Origin: a virus
Lineage: Duplodnaviria > Caudoviricetes
Direction: 5' to 3' (one strand)
Length of the DNA: 28,375 bases
Virus record (IMG/VR): IMGVR_UViG_3300020043_002178
Span: 1-28,375 of that record
Within the stretch, counting starts at the first letter, position 1, and the number at the start of each line of letters is the position of its first letter. Made by a program: the position numbers and the translations under genes. Of this stretch, positions 16,230 through 26,033 are shown in pieces. Under the pieces are notes generated by a model. That model was not told where the DNA came from. It searched no databases and saw nothing but the letters and a program-made list of their open reading frames with translations.

Positions 16230-17482
16230 CAGTAGTATTATTAGAATATCAAAGTAGGTTAACATCGCCTGCGTGCGCTTATAAGCCGTTAATATGGAAA
16301 TTCGCTAGTACAGATGAGAGCATTGTTAGAATGAAGTTTGACGTGTATGTAACTAATGAAGAATATCCAACAGCCAATTTAGCATCTACTATTTATCATG
16401 ATTTCGATATAGATAGCACTACGTTCACTTTTGATTTATCGGATGTTGCAAAAGATAATTTAGGATTTAAACTAATAGATATTGATTCATCGACTAGCAA
16501 TTACGAAGATAGGGTAGGCGCTATTTGGATGCACGGAGGCATCACAGAAATAATAGAAAGTTCTTCAGGATTGTTAGAGGAGGGAACTACTACCGCACTA
16601 GGTAAAGTTGACGTTTACAATATTACAGGAACAGTAGGGCAAATAGTAAGCTATACTAGAGATGAAAATTTCTGCAACTATGCAAATATGAAGAAGTTTC
16701 TAACTTCATATCCTACTGGAGTAGCAAGCGACTCACCAGCGCAGCCACCAACAAGATTAAAAGAAATAGGTTTAGATGAAAACGAGTTCTTGGGTTTTGG
16801 TATTACGCCGACCATTGGCGCTCTAGATACAATGAAAATAGAGATATACGGGTACAATGCAGCAGGAAGTTTAATAATTAACTCTGTATTGAAAACGTGG
16901 TCAGCTAGTACATTAGGTGCTTTTGACGGTTACAGTAATAACTATTTTACATTTCCAGTAGGCACGGCGAATTTAGAGGCAGCAGGAATAGATACAAGCC
17001 AGGTATATAGATACTACATACTTATATCTAACCAAACAGCAGGTTTGGGCGCTAGTGAGTTTTTCGGATATAAAGTAGTTGATAGATGCGAAGAAAGTAC
17101 GCGCATACACTGGCAAAATAGATTTGGCAAGACAGATTCATATACATTTGAAGGAAGAAAAATATATTCGCGAGATTCAAAAAGTGAAATAGCTATAAGA
17201 CCATTGAGGAGTGGTTTTACTACAAAAGATGTAGGCAGTTTTTCTTTTAACACTAATACAGAGGAAGTATATGAAATATGGACGAAAGCGATAGGTAGGG
17301 ATGAATTACAATGGCTTTCAGAAATAAACATAAACAACAGGGCTTTTATTGAGATTGATAAAGAGTACTATTCTATTATTATAGAAGATAGTTCATATAG
17401 CCTTATTGATTCTGAAGAGGTAGTGTATCAATTCAAACTTAATTTTAGAATAGCTAACAGTATAAAAGGATTAAGAGGATGA
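16226..17482 (+). CDS. putative tail structural protein (distal-tail-like)
   Basis: 418 aa, acidic and beta-rich, with WQNRFGKTDSYTF; precedes the large tail protein. Confidence 0.55.
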   Translation: MTVVLLEYQSRLTSPACAYKPLIWKFASTDESIVRMKFDVYVTNEEYPTANLASTIYHDFDIDSTTFTFDLSDVAKDNLGFKLIDIDSSTSNYEDRVGAIWMHGGITEIIESSSGLLEEGTTTALGKVDVYNITGTVGQIVSYTRDENFCNYANMKKFLTSYPTGVASDSPAQPPTRLKEIGLDENEFLGFGITPTIGALDTMKIEIYGYNAAGSLIINSVLKTWSASTLGAFDGYSNNYFTFPVGTANLEAAGIDTSQVYRYYILISNQTAGLGASEFFGYKVVDRCEESTRIHWQNRFGKTDSYTFEGRKIYSRDSKSEIAIRPLRSGFTTKDVGSFSFNTNTEEVYEIWTKAIGRDELQWLSEININNRAFIEIDKEYYSIIIEDSSYSLIDSEEVVYQFKLNFRIANSIKGLRG

Positions 17483-20184
17483 GTACAGAGATAAAAATAC
17501 TAGACACGGTAAACGATATACTTGGTACTTTAGATATGGATGATACTATCCAATCGCCTTTTAAGATAAGTAAAAGTAGCGCAACAATTAGCAATATTAA
17601 AGCGCGTTCAGGTACATTCTCAACATCGTTTACAGTACCTAACACAAACAACAATAACAAGTTATTACAGAACATTAAAAACATAAATCAAGATGTAACA
17701 ACAAAAAACATTCTTGATAGAAAAGAGGCGGCGATTTATGAAGATGGGTTATTGGTTGAGCGTGGTTTTATTAAAATCAAAACCGTAATCAATAAAGACG
17801 GTGTAGGCGGTTATGAAATAGTGTTCTTTGGTGATAACCTAAAGTGGGCTACTGAAGCTGAAGAGTTGAAAATAAAAGATATTGATTTTAGAAACAATAC
17901 TTTTACTTTAACAGAGGCAAATATAAAAGCAGCGCAGGCAGGAACATACGATAGTGGTTATGATTTTACTTTTGCTCTAATAAATAGAGGTCAATACCAC
18001 AGCGACACCACTTTAACGGTAGAAGATTTCTATCCAGACTTGTATATAAAAGCCATTGTAGAACGTGGATTGAATCAATTAGGGTATGTTTTAGAATCTG
18101 ATTTTATGGATTCTTCAGCATTTGAAAGGCTTATATTTCCATTTAACGGGGTATTTGCGCCAAGTGATACACTGAAAGAAGATAATATTACACAAGTTAA
18201 AACAACAAGTGATATTACTATTGATTCATTGGACTACGGGCAATTTTCAGTAGATACTACGCCGAACCCAAATAAGAATATCTTAATAGCCAAAAGGATA
18301 AAGTTTCAAGGCATAATTACAGACCAAGAACTTAACTACGATTCAAGTACAGGTTATTATACAGCGCCTTTTACTGGGACGTACAAAATGAAAGGAACTA
18401 TTAAATACAGGTCACTAGTAAATAAAAGTAACTTTTGTGTTTTTGTAGTAAAAGGAACAACACCAGCAGATAATATTTATGTAACTCAACAGGATTTTCA
18501 AGATAACTCACCATTTGATATTGACGGACTTAATTCATATATACACCCGAACGCATTAGGATATTGGCAAAATGTAAACGCTAGGGTGCTTAATTTCTCG
18601 GCTGGTTCTTATGAATATGATTATGAATATAACTTTGATTTAGATGCTGGGGATGTAGTAAGTTTATACATTACAACAGATGTACGATTTCCTAACCTTA
18701 CAAACTATGGTGATGAATTAGGAACGCCAATTAAGATATTAGCTGGCACAACGATGGAAAGTTACTTTGTATCTTCTACGTTTTCGACTGGTACGGTGGT
18801 ATCTGTTAGTGATTTGTACGATAGTGATACAACTCTACTAGATATTATCAATGACATCACTAGGATGTTCAATTTATATTTTGAAACAAACAATAACAAT
18901 AGAACTGTACGTATTGAGCCGAGAGATAATTTTTATAAGTCTATCGAATTTGCTTTAGATTGGAGCGATAAGATAGATATTAAAAAGGAATACACGATAG
19001 ATTATGTTGAGCAATACCCGAAAGAATTAATATTTAATTACAAGAAAGATTCAAGTGATGGATATGTTGAGGGATGGGAAAAAGAAAAGAATCTTACACT
19101 AGCAGAATATAAGCACGAATTGCCAGAGAGATTTGAAAAAGGAACAGCTAATTATGAATTAGATTTGTTTTGCCCTTCGATGCACATTATAGACGGAAAA
19201 GCGAGGTATAAAATAGCTGGTGTTGGTAAACCTATTACCGCTAGGCTATGGAAAAACTATAATAAAGATGAAACATACCCAGACTTTTCTACTGAATTCG
19301 CTCCTAGAATATTGAACTACGTCTACGGTACGCAAACAGACTATTCAGGAAACCCAGCGCAAATACATTTCAATGAAGTATTAAGCAATATACCAGCAGC
19401 TTTATTTGAATCGTATGAATATGTTAACGCTCCAATGAATTTAAATTGGAACGGTGCAGACGGTTTATTCGCAACGTATTACAGTAGAACATTAAAGCAT
19501 ATCGAAAGCACGCCTAGAGCAAGCGCGTATTTTGATTTAAACAGCAGCGATATACGCAATTTCTCATTTAGAAACCCGATATATTTAGAATATCCTGCCG
19601 AATTAAAAGGGTATTATGTTGTAGAAAGTATAGAAAATTTTGATTTTAAAAAGAATACAATCAAAGTTAATTTGCTAAAATATATCAATGTTGACCCTGT
19701 TAGCATAAATTCAGCGCCAGTAATAAATAGCAATATATCTTCAAATCAAAAGAATGATGTAACAACATCAACTAAAGGGCAATTAATAAGTATTAACCAA
19801 GAATGGGGTTCATTGCCGCCACCACCATTAGACGATGCAGGTATATCTGGAGATAATCCCTCTACCGTGCTTCAAAACAATAGCGGAAACCAAACAGTTA
19901 AAGGTTCGGGTTCTGTGGTTTGGGGTGTGGGTTTGACATCAACAGGGTATTATCAAACAATATACGGTGTAAATAACATACCCGACCCTGACGCGCAAGT
20001 AATAATAGGTGGAGGAACTAAAAGCGAGCCATTAAATGCAATAACGATAAAGGATGGTAATGTACAATTCTTTGGCGGACAAGTGTACATTCAAAAAACA
20101 CTAGCAGACGCATCAAAAATATGGTTGCCTGTTGTTATTATTGGAAATGATGATAAGTTACAAAATGTATATTTAAGTGAATAG
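17479..20184 (+). CDS. large tail tip/hub protein
   Basis: 901 aa; N-terminal RSGTFSTSFTVPNT.NN, DITRMFNLYF...IEP...DWSDKID; internal C1q-like motifs. Confidence 0.65.
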   Translation: MSTEIKILDTVNDILGTLDMDDTIQSPFKISKSSATISNIKARSGTFSTSFTVPNTNNNNKLLQNIKNINQDVTTKNILDRKEAAIYEDGLLVERGFIKIKTVINKDGVGGYEIVFFGDNLKWATEAEELKIKDIDFRNNTFTLTEANIKAAQAGTYDSGYDFTFALINRGQYHSDTTLTVEDFYPDLYIKAIVERGLNQLGYVLESDFMDSSAFERLIFPFNGVFAPSDTLKEDNITQVKTTSDITIDSLDYGQFSVDTTPNPNKNILIAKRIKFQGIITDQELNYDSSTGYYTAPFTGTYKMKGTIKYRSLVNKSNFCVFVVKGTTPADNIYVTQQDFQDNSPFDIDGLNSYIHPNALGYWQNVNARVLNFSAGSYEYDYEYNFDLDAGDVVSLYITTDVRFPNLTNYGDELGTPIKILAGTTMESYFVSSTFSTGTVVSVSDLYDSDTTLLDIINDITRMFNLYFETNNNNRTVRIEPRDNFYKSIEFALDWSDKIDIKKEYTIDYVEQYPKELIFNYKKDSSDGYVEGWEKEKNLTLAEYKHELPERFEKGTANYELDLFCPSMHIIDGKARYKIAGVGKPITARLWKNYNKDETYPDFSTEFAPRILNYVYGTQTDYSGNPAQIHFNEVLSNIPAALFESYEYVNAPMNLNWNGADGLFATYYSRTLKHIESTPRASAYFDLNSSDIRNFSFRNPIYLEYPAELKGYYVVESIENFDFKKNTIKVNLLKYINVDPVSINSAPVINSNISSNQKNDVTTSTKGQLISINQEWGSLPPPPLDDAGISGDNPSTVLQNNSGNQTVKGSGSVVWGVGLTSTGYYQTIYGVNNIPDPDAQVIIGGGTKSEPLNAITIKDGNVQFFGGQVYIQKTLADASKIWLPVVIIGNDDKLQNVYLSE

Positions 20185-20186
20185 TT

Positions 20187-23183
20187 ATGGCAGAGGAAAT
20201 AGGAATTAAAATAAAGATTGAAGGCGATGCGCAAAGCATTAAAAAAATCCATGATTTACAAATTGGATTAGACCAACTTCAAAAAGAATTAAAGGCAGTA
20301 AACAAAGCCGAGAAAGACAATATAATTACCGCAACGGAGGCTAGTAAAAAACGCGCTGAACTAAATCTAAAAATAGGCGCGACTAGAAACGCTTTACGTG
20401 ATGCTAATGTTGAACTATTAAAACAAAACGATGCGCTTCGTAAATCAACTGGATTAACTGGACTTTTTAAGGATGGGTTAAAAGATATTGGTTCTTCTTT
20501 GGCTACTGCTGCTTTGGGGTTTTTCGCATTAAATAAGGCTATTCAAGTTCTAGGCTCAAGCATTAAGACAATGAAAGAGTTTGAACAACAGATGGCTAAA
20601 GTAAAAGCTGTTACTGGGGCTAATGAAGAGCAATTCACGCAACTAAAGAAAAGCGCAATTGATTTGAGTGGTGCTTTTTCTGCATTAGAGATAGGTAAGC
20701 TGCAAGAAGAGTTCGCTAAACTAGGTTTTACTACTGATGATATTTTAGCTGCAACAGAGGCAACTATACAGCTATCGGTTGCAACTGGTGAAGATTTAGC
20801 TAACTCTGCTAAAACATTAGCAGCTACATTGAATGGGTTTGGACTAGCGGCAACCGATACACAAAAGGTAGTTGATATAATGGCTAAGTCATTTAATGAT
20901 TCGGCTTTAGGCTTAGAATCGTTTAGTAATGCTATGTCGCAAGTAGCACCAGTTGCTAAAGTTGCTGGAAGTAGTATTGAGGAAGCTACCGCATTAATAG
21001 AGGTATTGGTTAATGCTGGTTTTGAAGGTGGAAAAGCAGGAACAGCACTAAGAAAAATATTTATTGAAGTTTCTGAACAAGGATTAAGCCTTGACCAAGC
21101 ATTTAGTCAAATACGAAATTCAGTTGACCCGTTAACAGAGGCAGTTAAATTGTTTGGTGTTGAGGCAGCTTCACAAGCTGTTACATTGGCTACAAATACT
21201 GAAGAGTTAGCGAAGTTTGAGGAAGGACTGAAAAACGCTGGAGGAACAGCAGCGCAGACAGCAGGAATAGTTGGCGATACATTAGCTGGTGATGTGGATA
21301 AACTTTCTGCTTCGTGGGATAAGTTTGTTTTATCAATAGGAAGCGGTGATGGTGTTATCAATCAAGTATTGAGAAGTTTATCACAAGATTTTGCATCATT
21401 ATTAAATTCATTTTCTGATGATACGGTAGATAGAACACTAAGCAGGCTAACTGCAATGAGTGTTAATGGAGTGTTTGACGAAGAAGAGATACGAAGATTT
21501 AATTCAGAGTTTGAATTCTTAGATGAATCAATAAAACTAGCAGCAGGAAGCGTAACGAAATTAAAGTTTGAACAACAAGCATTAAATAACGATATTGCTA
21601 GGTTTACTGAAGAATTAAAAAACACTAAAGACGAAGATGCGATAGAGGTTTTAAATGGTAAAATAGCCGTAAGAAAACAGCTTTACAGAGATATAAATAA
21701 AGAAATAGAGAAAGCCAAAAAAGTAGAAACAGAAAAAGCTGAAGCAGAAAAAAAAGCAGCAGACCTTAAAAACCAACAATTACAAATAGAGAAGGCGTTT
21801 ACTGCGCAAATAAATAAAGAATCTGTTTCACAGTTAAAAGCAAGATTAGAGCAAGAAGTTAGCGAAGAAGAAAAAGCGATAATTAAAAAAGCGTTAAAGA
21901 GAAAAGAGGCTGCTGAAAAAGAACTAGAGGAACGTAAAAAAGCGAATGAAAGCGTATTATCTGAAACGGTAAAGCTAAATGCTGCACTAGAAGAAAACAC
22001 GCTGCAAAGAACGCTAAAAGAAATAGAGATTGAACGCGATGCTAATATTAAAAAGATTGAAGAAAGTAAAGCGAATGAGAAATTAAAGGCTGATGCAATA
22101 AATGCTATAAAGGCAACCGCGTTAAATAAAGAAAAGAAAGCGAGGGAAGTTGATTCTAAAGAGCAGTTCGATAAAGAGTTAAAAGCACTAGAAGAGCACA
22201 ACAAAGCGCTTGTATTATTAACTGAAAACGGAAGCAAAGAAGAGCAAGAAGCGCAAGTAAAAGCAATTGAAGCTAAAAGAGATTTTGAGTTACAAAATGC
22301 TGAACTAACTGCCGACCAAAAGATAATAATCGAACAAGAGGCGGCCGATGCTATTGCGGCTATAAACAAAACAACAGCCGATAAACAGATAGAAGAATCA
22401 AAAAGAGTTGAGGAAGCTAAAAGAGAAATACTACAACAATCAATAGAAGTTGCGAGTCAATTCGCTACTACATTAGTAAACTTAGCAGGACAAAGAGCCG
22501 ATAGAGAAAAGCAAATTGAACTAGATAATTTAAAGGCTAAGAACGAGCAAGGTTTAATAACGCAAGAAGAGTATGAAACAAAGAGAAAAGAGATAGAAAA
22601 GAAAGCGTTTGAAGATAAAAAGAAAAGAGATTTAGCTTTTGTTGCTATTGAACTAGCAAAACAAATTGTATCTATTCAAACTGCGGCAGCTGCCAATCCT
22701 TCAAACGCCGTAACATTTGGAGCGGCTGGTATTTCGCAGGCTGCAATATTAACTGGTTTGGCTGTTGCAAGTGCTGGTATTCAATCGGCAGCTATTTTAA
22801 GCCAGCAATTCGCAGAAGGTGGTTATACTGGTGACGGGTTCGGTAAAAAGGATAGTACAGGATTTAAACAAGCTGGGGTAGTTCACGAAGGTGAGTATGT
22901 TGCGCCTAAGTGGGTGCTAGGTACTCGCGAAGGTTCTGAACTTGTTAATAGATTAGAAAGTATTAGAACAGGGAAACCGAATTTAGTTCCTAACTTTGGC
23001 TATGCAAATGGAGGTTTCGTGAAGCAACAGCAAGCGCAATTAAATATGGATGAAATGGAGTTTAGAATTACGAAAGCCGTAGTAAACTCAATAGGTGCTA
23101 TTCCTGTAATAAATAACGCAGTAGATACGGCAAACGTAGCGCGTAAAGTAAGTAATGTACAAGCACAAGCAACTTTTGGATAA
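20187..23183 (+). CDS. tail tape measure protein
   Basis: 998 aa, Ala-rich; TP901-type core (FEQQMAKVKAVTGA...AGTALR), long E/K coiled coil, C-terminal FAEGGYTG...GVVHEGEYV. Confidence 0.92.
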   Translation: MAEEIGIKIKIEGDAQSIKKIHDLQIGLDQLQKELKAVNKAEKDNIITATEASKKRAELNLKIGATRNALRDANVELLKQNDALRKSTGLTGLFKDGLKDIGSSLATAALGFFALNKAIQVLGSSIKTMKEFEQQMAKVKAVTGANEEQFTQLKKSAIDLSGAFSALEIGKLQEEFAKLGFTTDDILAATEATIQLSVATGEDLANSAKTLAATLNGFGLAATDTQKVVDIMAKSFNDSALGLESFSNAMSQVAPVAKVAGSSIEEATALIEVLVNAGFEGGKAGTALRKIFIEVSEQGLSLDQAFSQIRNSVDPLTEAVKLFGVEAASQAVTLATNTEELAKFEEGLKNAGGTAAQTAGIVGDTLAGDVDKLSASWDKFVLSIGSGDGVINQVLRSLSQDFASLLNSFSDDTVDRTLSRLTAMSVNGVFDEEEIRRFNSEFEFLDESIKLAAGSVTKLKFEQQALNNDIARFTEELKNTKDEDAIEVLNGKIAVRKQLYRDINKEIEKAKKVETEKAEAEKKAADLKNQQLQIEKAFTAQINKESVSQLKARLEQEVSEEEKAIIKKALKRKEAAEKELEERKKANESVLSETVKLNAALEENTLQRTLKEIEIERDANIKKIEESKANEKLKADAINAIKATALNKEKKAREVDSKEQFDKELKALEEHNKALVLLTENGSKEEQEAQVKAIEAKRDFELQNAELTADQKIIIEQEAADAIAAINKTTADKQIEESKRVEEAKREILQQSIEVASQFATTLVNLAGQRADREKQIELDNLKAKNEQGLITQEEYETKRKEIEKKAFEDKKKRDLAFVAIELAKQIVSIQTAAAANPSNAVTFGAAGISQAAILTGLAVASAGIQSAAILSQQFAEGGYTGDGFGKKDSTGFKQAGVVHEGEYVAPKWVLGTREGSELVNRLESIRTGKPNLVPNFGYANGGFVKQQQAQLNMDEMEFRITKAVVNSIGAIPVINNAVDTANVARKVSNVQAQATFG

Positions 23184-23386
23184 TGCTAGTAAGTGACGAA
23201 GAATATAATAAGCGTTTAGAGATTTGTGCCAATTGCGAATTAAGCAAGAAAGATGCAACTTTTCTAAAAGGAAGTATTAAATTTAAAAACAAATTACAAT
23301 GCGGTGTTTGTAGCTGCTTCATTAGTGCTAAAGCATTATTCGAGGCCGCTAAATGCCCACATAAAGACGGCAATAAATGGCAATAA
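23183..23386 (+). CDS. small Cys-rich, putative Zn-binding protein
   Basis: RLEICANC...CGVCSC...KCP...KW. Confidence 0.7.
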   Translation: MLVSDEEYNKRLEICANCELSKKDATFLKGSIKFKNKLQCGVCSCFISAKALFEAAKCPHKDGNKWQ

Positions 23387-23607
23387 AGTTAAGCGTAACT
23401 GATAGGGTAAACGCGATACCCATCGAAGAAAAGCAAAAGATAAAAGAGGCGGCTAATAAAATAGCTGGCAAAATGCAACCCGATGCGCAAGCATTACGAT
23501 TTTTATTCGAAATGTTTAACAAACATATTCACACGTACGATAATAAATGCGGTGAGTGCAGAAAGCACGTAAGAGATTTTTGGATTAACACAAGTAGTAA
23601 ATGGTAA
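23377..23607 (+). CDS. small hypothetical protein with CxxC
   Basis: KCGECR; overlaps both neighbours. Confidence 0.6.
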   Translation: MAIKLSVTDRVNAIPIEEKQKIKEAANKIAGKMQPDAQALRFLFEMFNKHIHTYDNKCGECRKHVRDFWINTSSKW

Positions 23608-23870
23608 ACAAAGAAACATTAAAAAAATACCTTCAACAGAGAATAGAAGGACGGAACATTGATGAAATAGTTTTATTGCTAGTAGATACTTCTATGGCCG
23701 ACTTTCAAACACTTAGAAATCATTGCATAGTAAAGGATTTTGAGGCCATGTATAAGATGCCAGCAGTATATAAAACAAACCAATCTATCTACGATGATTT
23801 GTGTTTCAAATGGGATATATCCTACACGCATTTAAAGCGAATAATTGCGGACAAAAATAATAGGGTATAA
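23601..23870 (+). CDS. small protein with a possible C-terminal HTH (Mor-like)
   Basis: QSIYDDLCFKWDISYTHLKRII helix-turn-helix pattern. Confidence 0.5.
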   Translation: MVNKETLKKYLQQRIEGRNIDEIVLLLVDTSMADFQTLRNHCIVKDFEAMYKMPAVYKTNQSIYDDLCFKWDISYTHLKRIIADKNNRV

Positions 23871-23937
23871 AATATCGCCCAAAAAATGAACTAACAAATT
23901 TTATATTGTATAGTAATATTACCACAAAATTATATTT

Positions 23938-24957
23938 GTGAGTAAATTACTAAACATAAAAAACCAAACAGCCGATTCAATCGATTTATTGATTGATACC
24001 GAAATAGGCTCTTATGGTGTTTCTGCTAAAGGATTTATTTCAGAGGTTAAAAACGCAGGAGTTAAGAATATCAACCTAACTATTAACTCAGTAGGTGGAA
24101 GTGTTTTTGATGCTTTTGCGATTTATGACTTTTTAGTTTCTCCTCAAAATAACTTTAATGTATCTGTAAAAATCGAAGGTTTAGCGGCTAGTGCTGCTAC
24201 TATTATCGCGTTGGCTGATAGAAAGAAACCTAAGATGACAGAAAATAGCTTCTTTATGATTCACAACCCTTCATTGTTGGTTATGAACTTTTCAGATATG
24301 GAAGCAAGTGATTTAAGAGAGCAAGCGAAAGAATTTGAATCAACTGCTGACTTCTTAGATTCTATTAAAAATAGATTGGCTTCTATTTATTCAAATATAA
24401 CTGGAAAAAATAAAGCTAAAATCAATCAAATGATGGATGATGAAACATGGATGGATGCACAAGAAGCATTATCAAATGGTTTTATTTCATCAATTGAAAA
24501 AGGTGTTGCTATTGCGGCTATGGCTGATGAGCAAACGCTTAAAAAGTACGGCTATAATAAAGCATCATATATTAACAATAAAACCAATTCAGAAATGGAT
24601 AACAAAGTACAAGAACTAATAACTTCATTAAAAGAGGTTGTTATGAACTTTGGCAAAAAGCCAGAAGAAGTTCAGAATGTTGTTACTGAGGTTAAAATCT
24701 TAGATAACGAAGAAGTAAAAAATAAAATTGCTTCAATCGAAAGCGTAATTGCATCGCATGAAACAGAAGTTAAAAACAAGATTCAAGAAATTGAAGATTT
24801 GAAAAACAAACTTTCTGCTTTAGAAGATGAAAACGCTCTTTTGAAAGCAAGTAAATCAGAAATACCAGCAGCGCAAAATACAGCTAATACAGAGCCTCAA
24901 AACTCAGAAAAAGGTGCATTTGCTCAATGGTTAATTAAAGCGGCTCAAAACAGATAA
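23938..24957 (+). CDS. ClpP-family prohead protease with a C-terminal scaffold-like coiled coil
   Basis: INSVGGSV, GLAASAAT (Ser), FMIHNP (His), ETWMDAQEAL..GF; GTG start; directly upstream of the capsid gene. Confidence 0.9.
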   Translation: MSKLLNIKNQTADSIDLLIDTEIGSYGVSAKGFISEVKNAGVKNINLTINSVGGSVFDAFAIYDFLVSPQNNFNVSVKIEGLAASAATIIALADRKKPKMTENSFFMIHNPSLLVMNFSDMEASDLREQAKEFESTADFLDSIKNRLASIYSNITGKNKAKINQMMDDETWMDAQEALSNGFISSIEKGVAIAAMADEQTLKKYGYNKASYINNKTNSEMDNKVQELITSLKEVVMNFGKKPEEVQNVVTEVKILDNEEVKNKIASIESVIASHETEVKNKIQEIEDLKNKLSALEDENALLKASKSEIPAAQNTANTEPQNSEKGAFAQWLIKAAQNR

Positions 24958-24980
24958 TAACAATTTAATAAATAATCAAG

Positions 24981-26000
24981 ATGGCAAATTTAATCGCAAC
25001 CAGTTTTTCGCACACGTACGCAGGAGTTGAGTACTTGTCGCAATTATTCTACAAACCTCAAGAGGGTAGAGATAACGTATTCGCTAACTACAAAGTTATG
25101 CCAAACGTTAAAACAAAAATTAATCTTTATTTACCAGGCACTTTAGCTAAAGTTGTTCGTGCTTACACTACTTGCGGTTTTTCTGCAACTGGTGGAACTA
25201 CTACAATTACAGATAGAGTACTTGACGTAAACAAAGTAAAAGTAAACTTAGAAGAGTGCGTTGACGCGGTATTCGATACTGTATTCGAAGAAGCAATGAA
25301 AGCAGGTGTGCAAATCACTGACCTTTCAGGTACTATCATCGAAACAATCGCAAGAACAAAAGTAGTTGAAGCAATTAAATCGGACGTTGGCCGTATCGCT
25401 TGGTTCGGTAAGTCTGGTGCTGTTTCTGCTGACTACTCAATGGCTGATGGATGGGTTGAGTTGTTTATCGATTCTTCTGCTACTCTTGGACAGTTCTTCA
25501 ATATGGATTCAAGTTCATACGAAAGTTCAGGTACTTTGGTAACAAACGGTGCATACAACGCATTGAAATATATGTACGAAAACCAAACTAAGGTTTTACG
25601 TCAAGTTGCTAAAAAAGACAAAGCTTTCTATGTAACAGCTACGGTAATTGATAACTTAACTACTACTTACGAGCAATTGGGTACTGGTAACAACCTAGGA
25701 TTAACTATGTTGATGGATGGTAAACAATCGTTGATGTTCAGAGGTATTCCATTAATCGAAGTAACTGGTTGGGACACTGACTTAGCAGATTCTGACAATC
25801 CACAAGCTGCATTCGTTGGTGATAACATGATTGTTTTAACAATGAAAGACAACTTGGTAATTGGTACTGATGTAACAGACCCAAGCGCAGAATTGAAATT
25901 CAGATTTAACGATGATGATGATGAGAAAATGAAAATCACATCTAAGTTCAAAATCGGTTTCCAAATTATTCACCCAGAATTAGTATCATTCGGCTACTAG
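24981..26000 (+). CDS. major capsid protein
   Basis: 339 aa after the protease; FRGIPLIEV and NLVIGTD; codon choices of a highly expressed gene (frequent GCT, GGT, TTC, AAC). Confidence 0.8.
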   Translation: MANLIATSFSHTYAGVEYLSQLFYKPQEGRDNVFANYKVMPNVKTKINLYLPGTLAKVVRAYTTCGFSATGGTTTITDRVLDVNKVKVNLEECVDAVFDTVFEEAMKAGVQITDLSGTIIETIARTKVVEAIKSDVGRIAWFGKSGAVSADYSMADGWVELFIDSSATLGQFFNMDSSSYESSGTLVTNGAYNALKYMYENQTKVLRQVAKKDKAFYVTATVIDNLTTTYEQLGTGNNLGLTMLMDGKQSLMFRGIPLIEVTGWDTDLADSDNPQAAFVGDNMIVLTMKDNLVIGTDVTDPSAELKFRFNDDDDEKMKITSKFKIGFQIIHPELVSFGY

Positions 26001-26012
26001 GCCGAGTGATAC
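25983..26012 (+). other. 12-bp RNA hairpin with the capsid stop codon in its loop
   Basis: GTATCATTCGGC-TACTAG-GCCGAGTGATAC (one G-U pair); no U-tract follows. Confidence 0.65.
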
Positions 26013-26033
26013 CATTCTACAAAACTTTAAGAT

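Noticed and set aside
21660-22630. Repetitive A/G-rich sequence in the tape measure gene
   Set aside because: It reflects E/K/A coiled-coil coding; no exact tandem DNA repeat or array was seen.
23931-23938. TATATTTG as promoter for the protease
   Set aside because: It overlaps the GTG start, so transcription would begin inside the gene; left unassigned.
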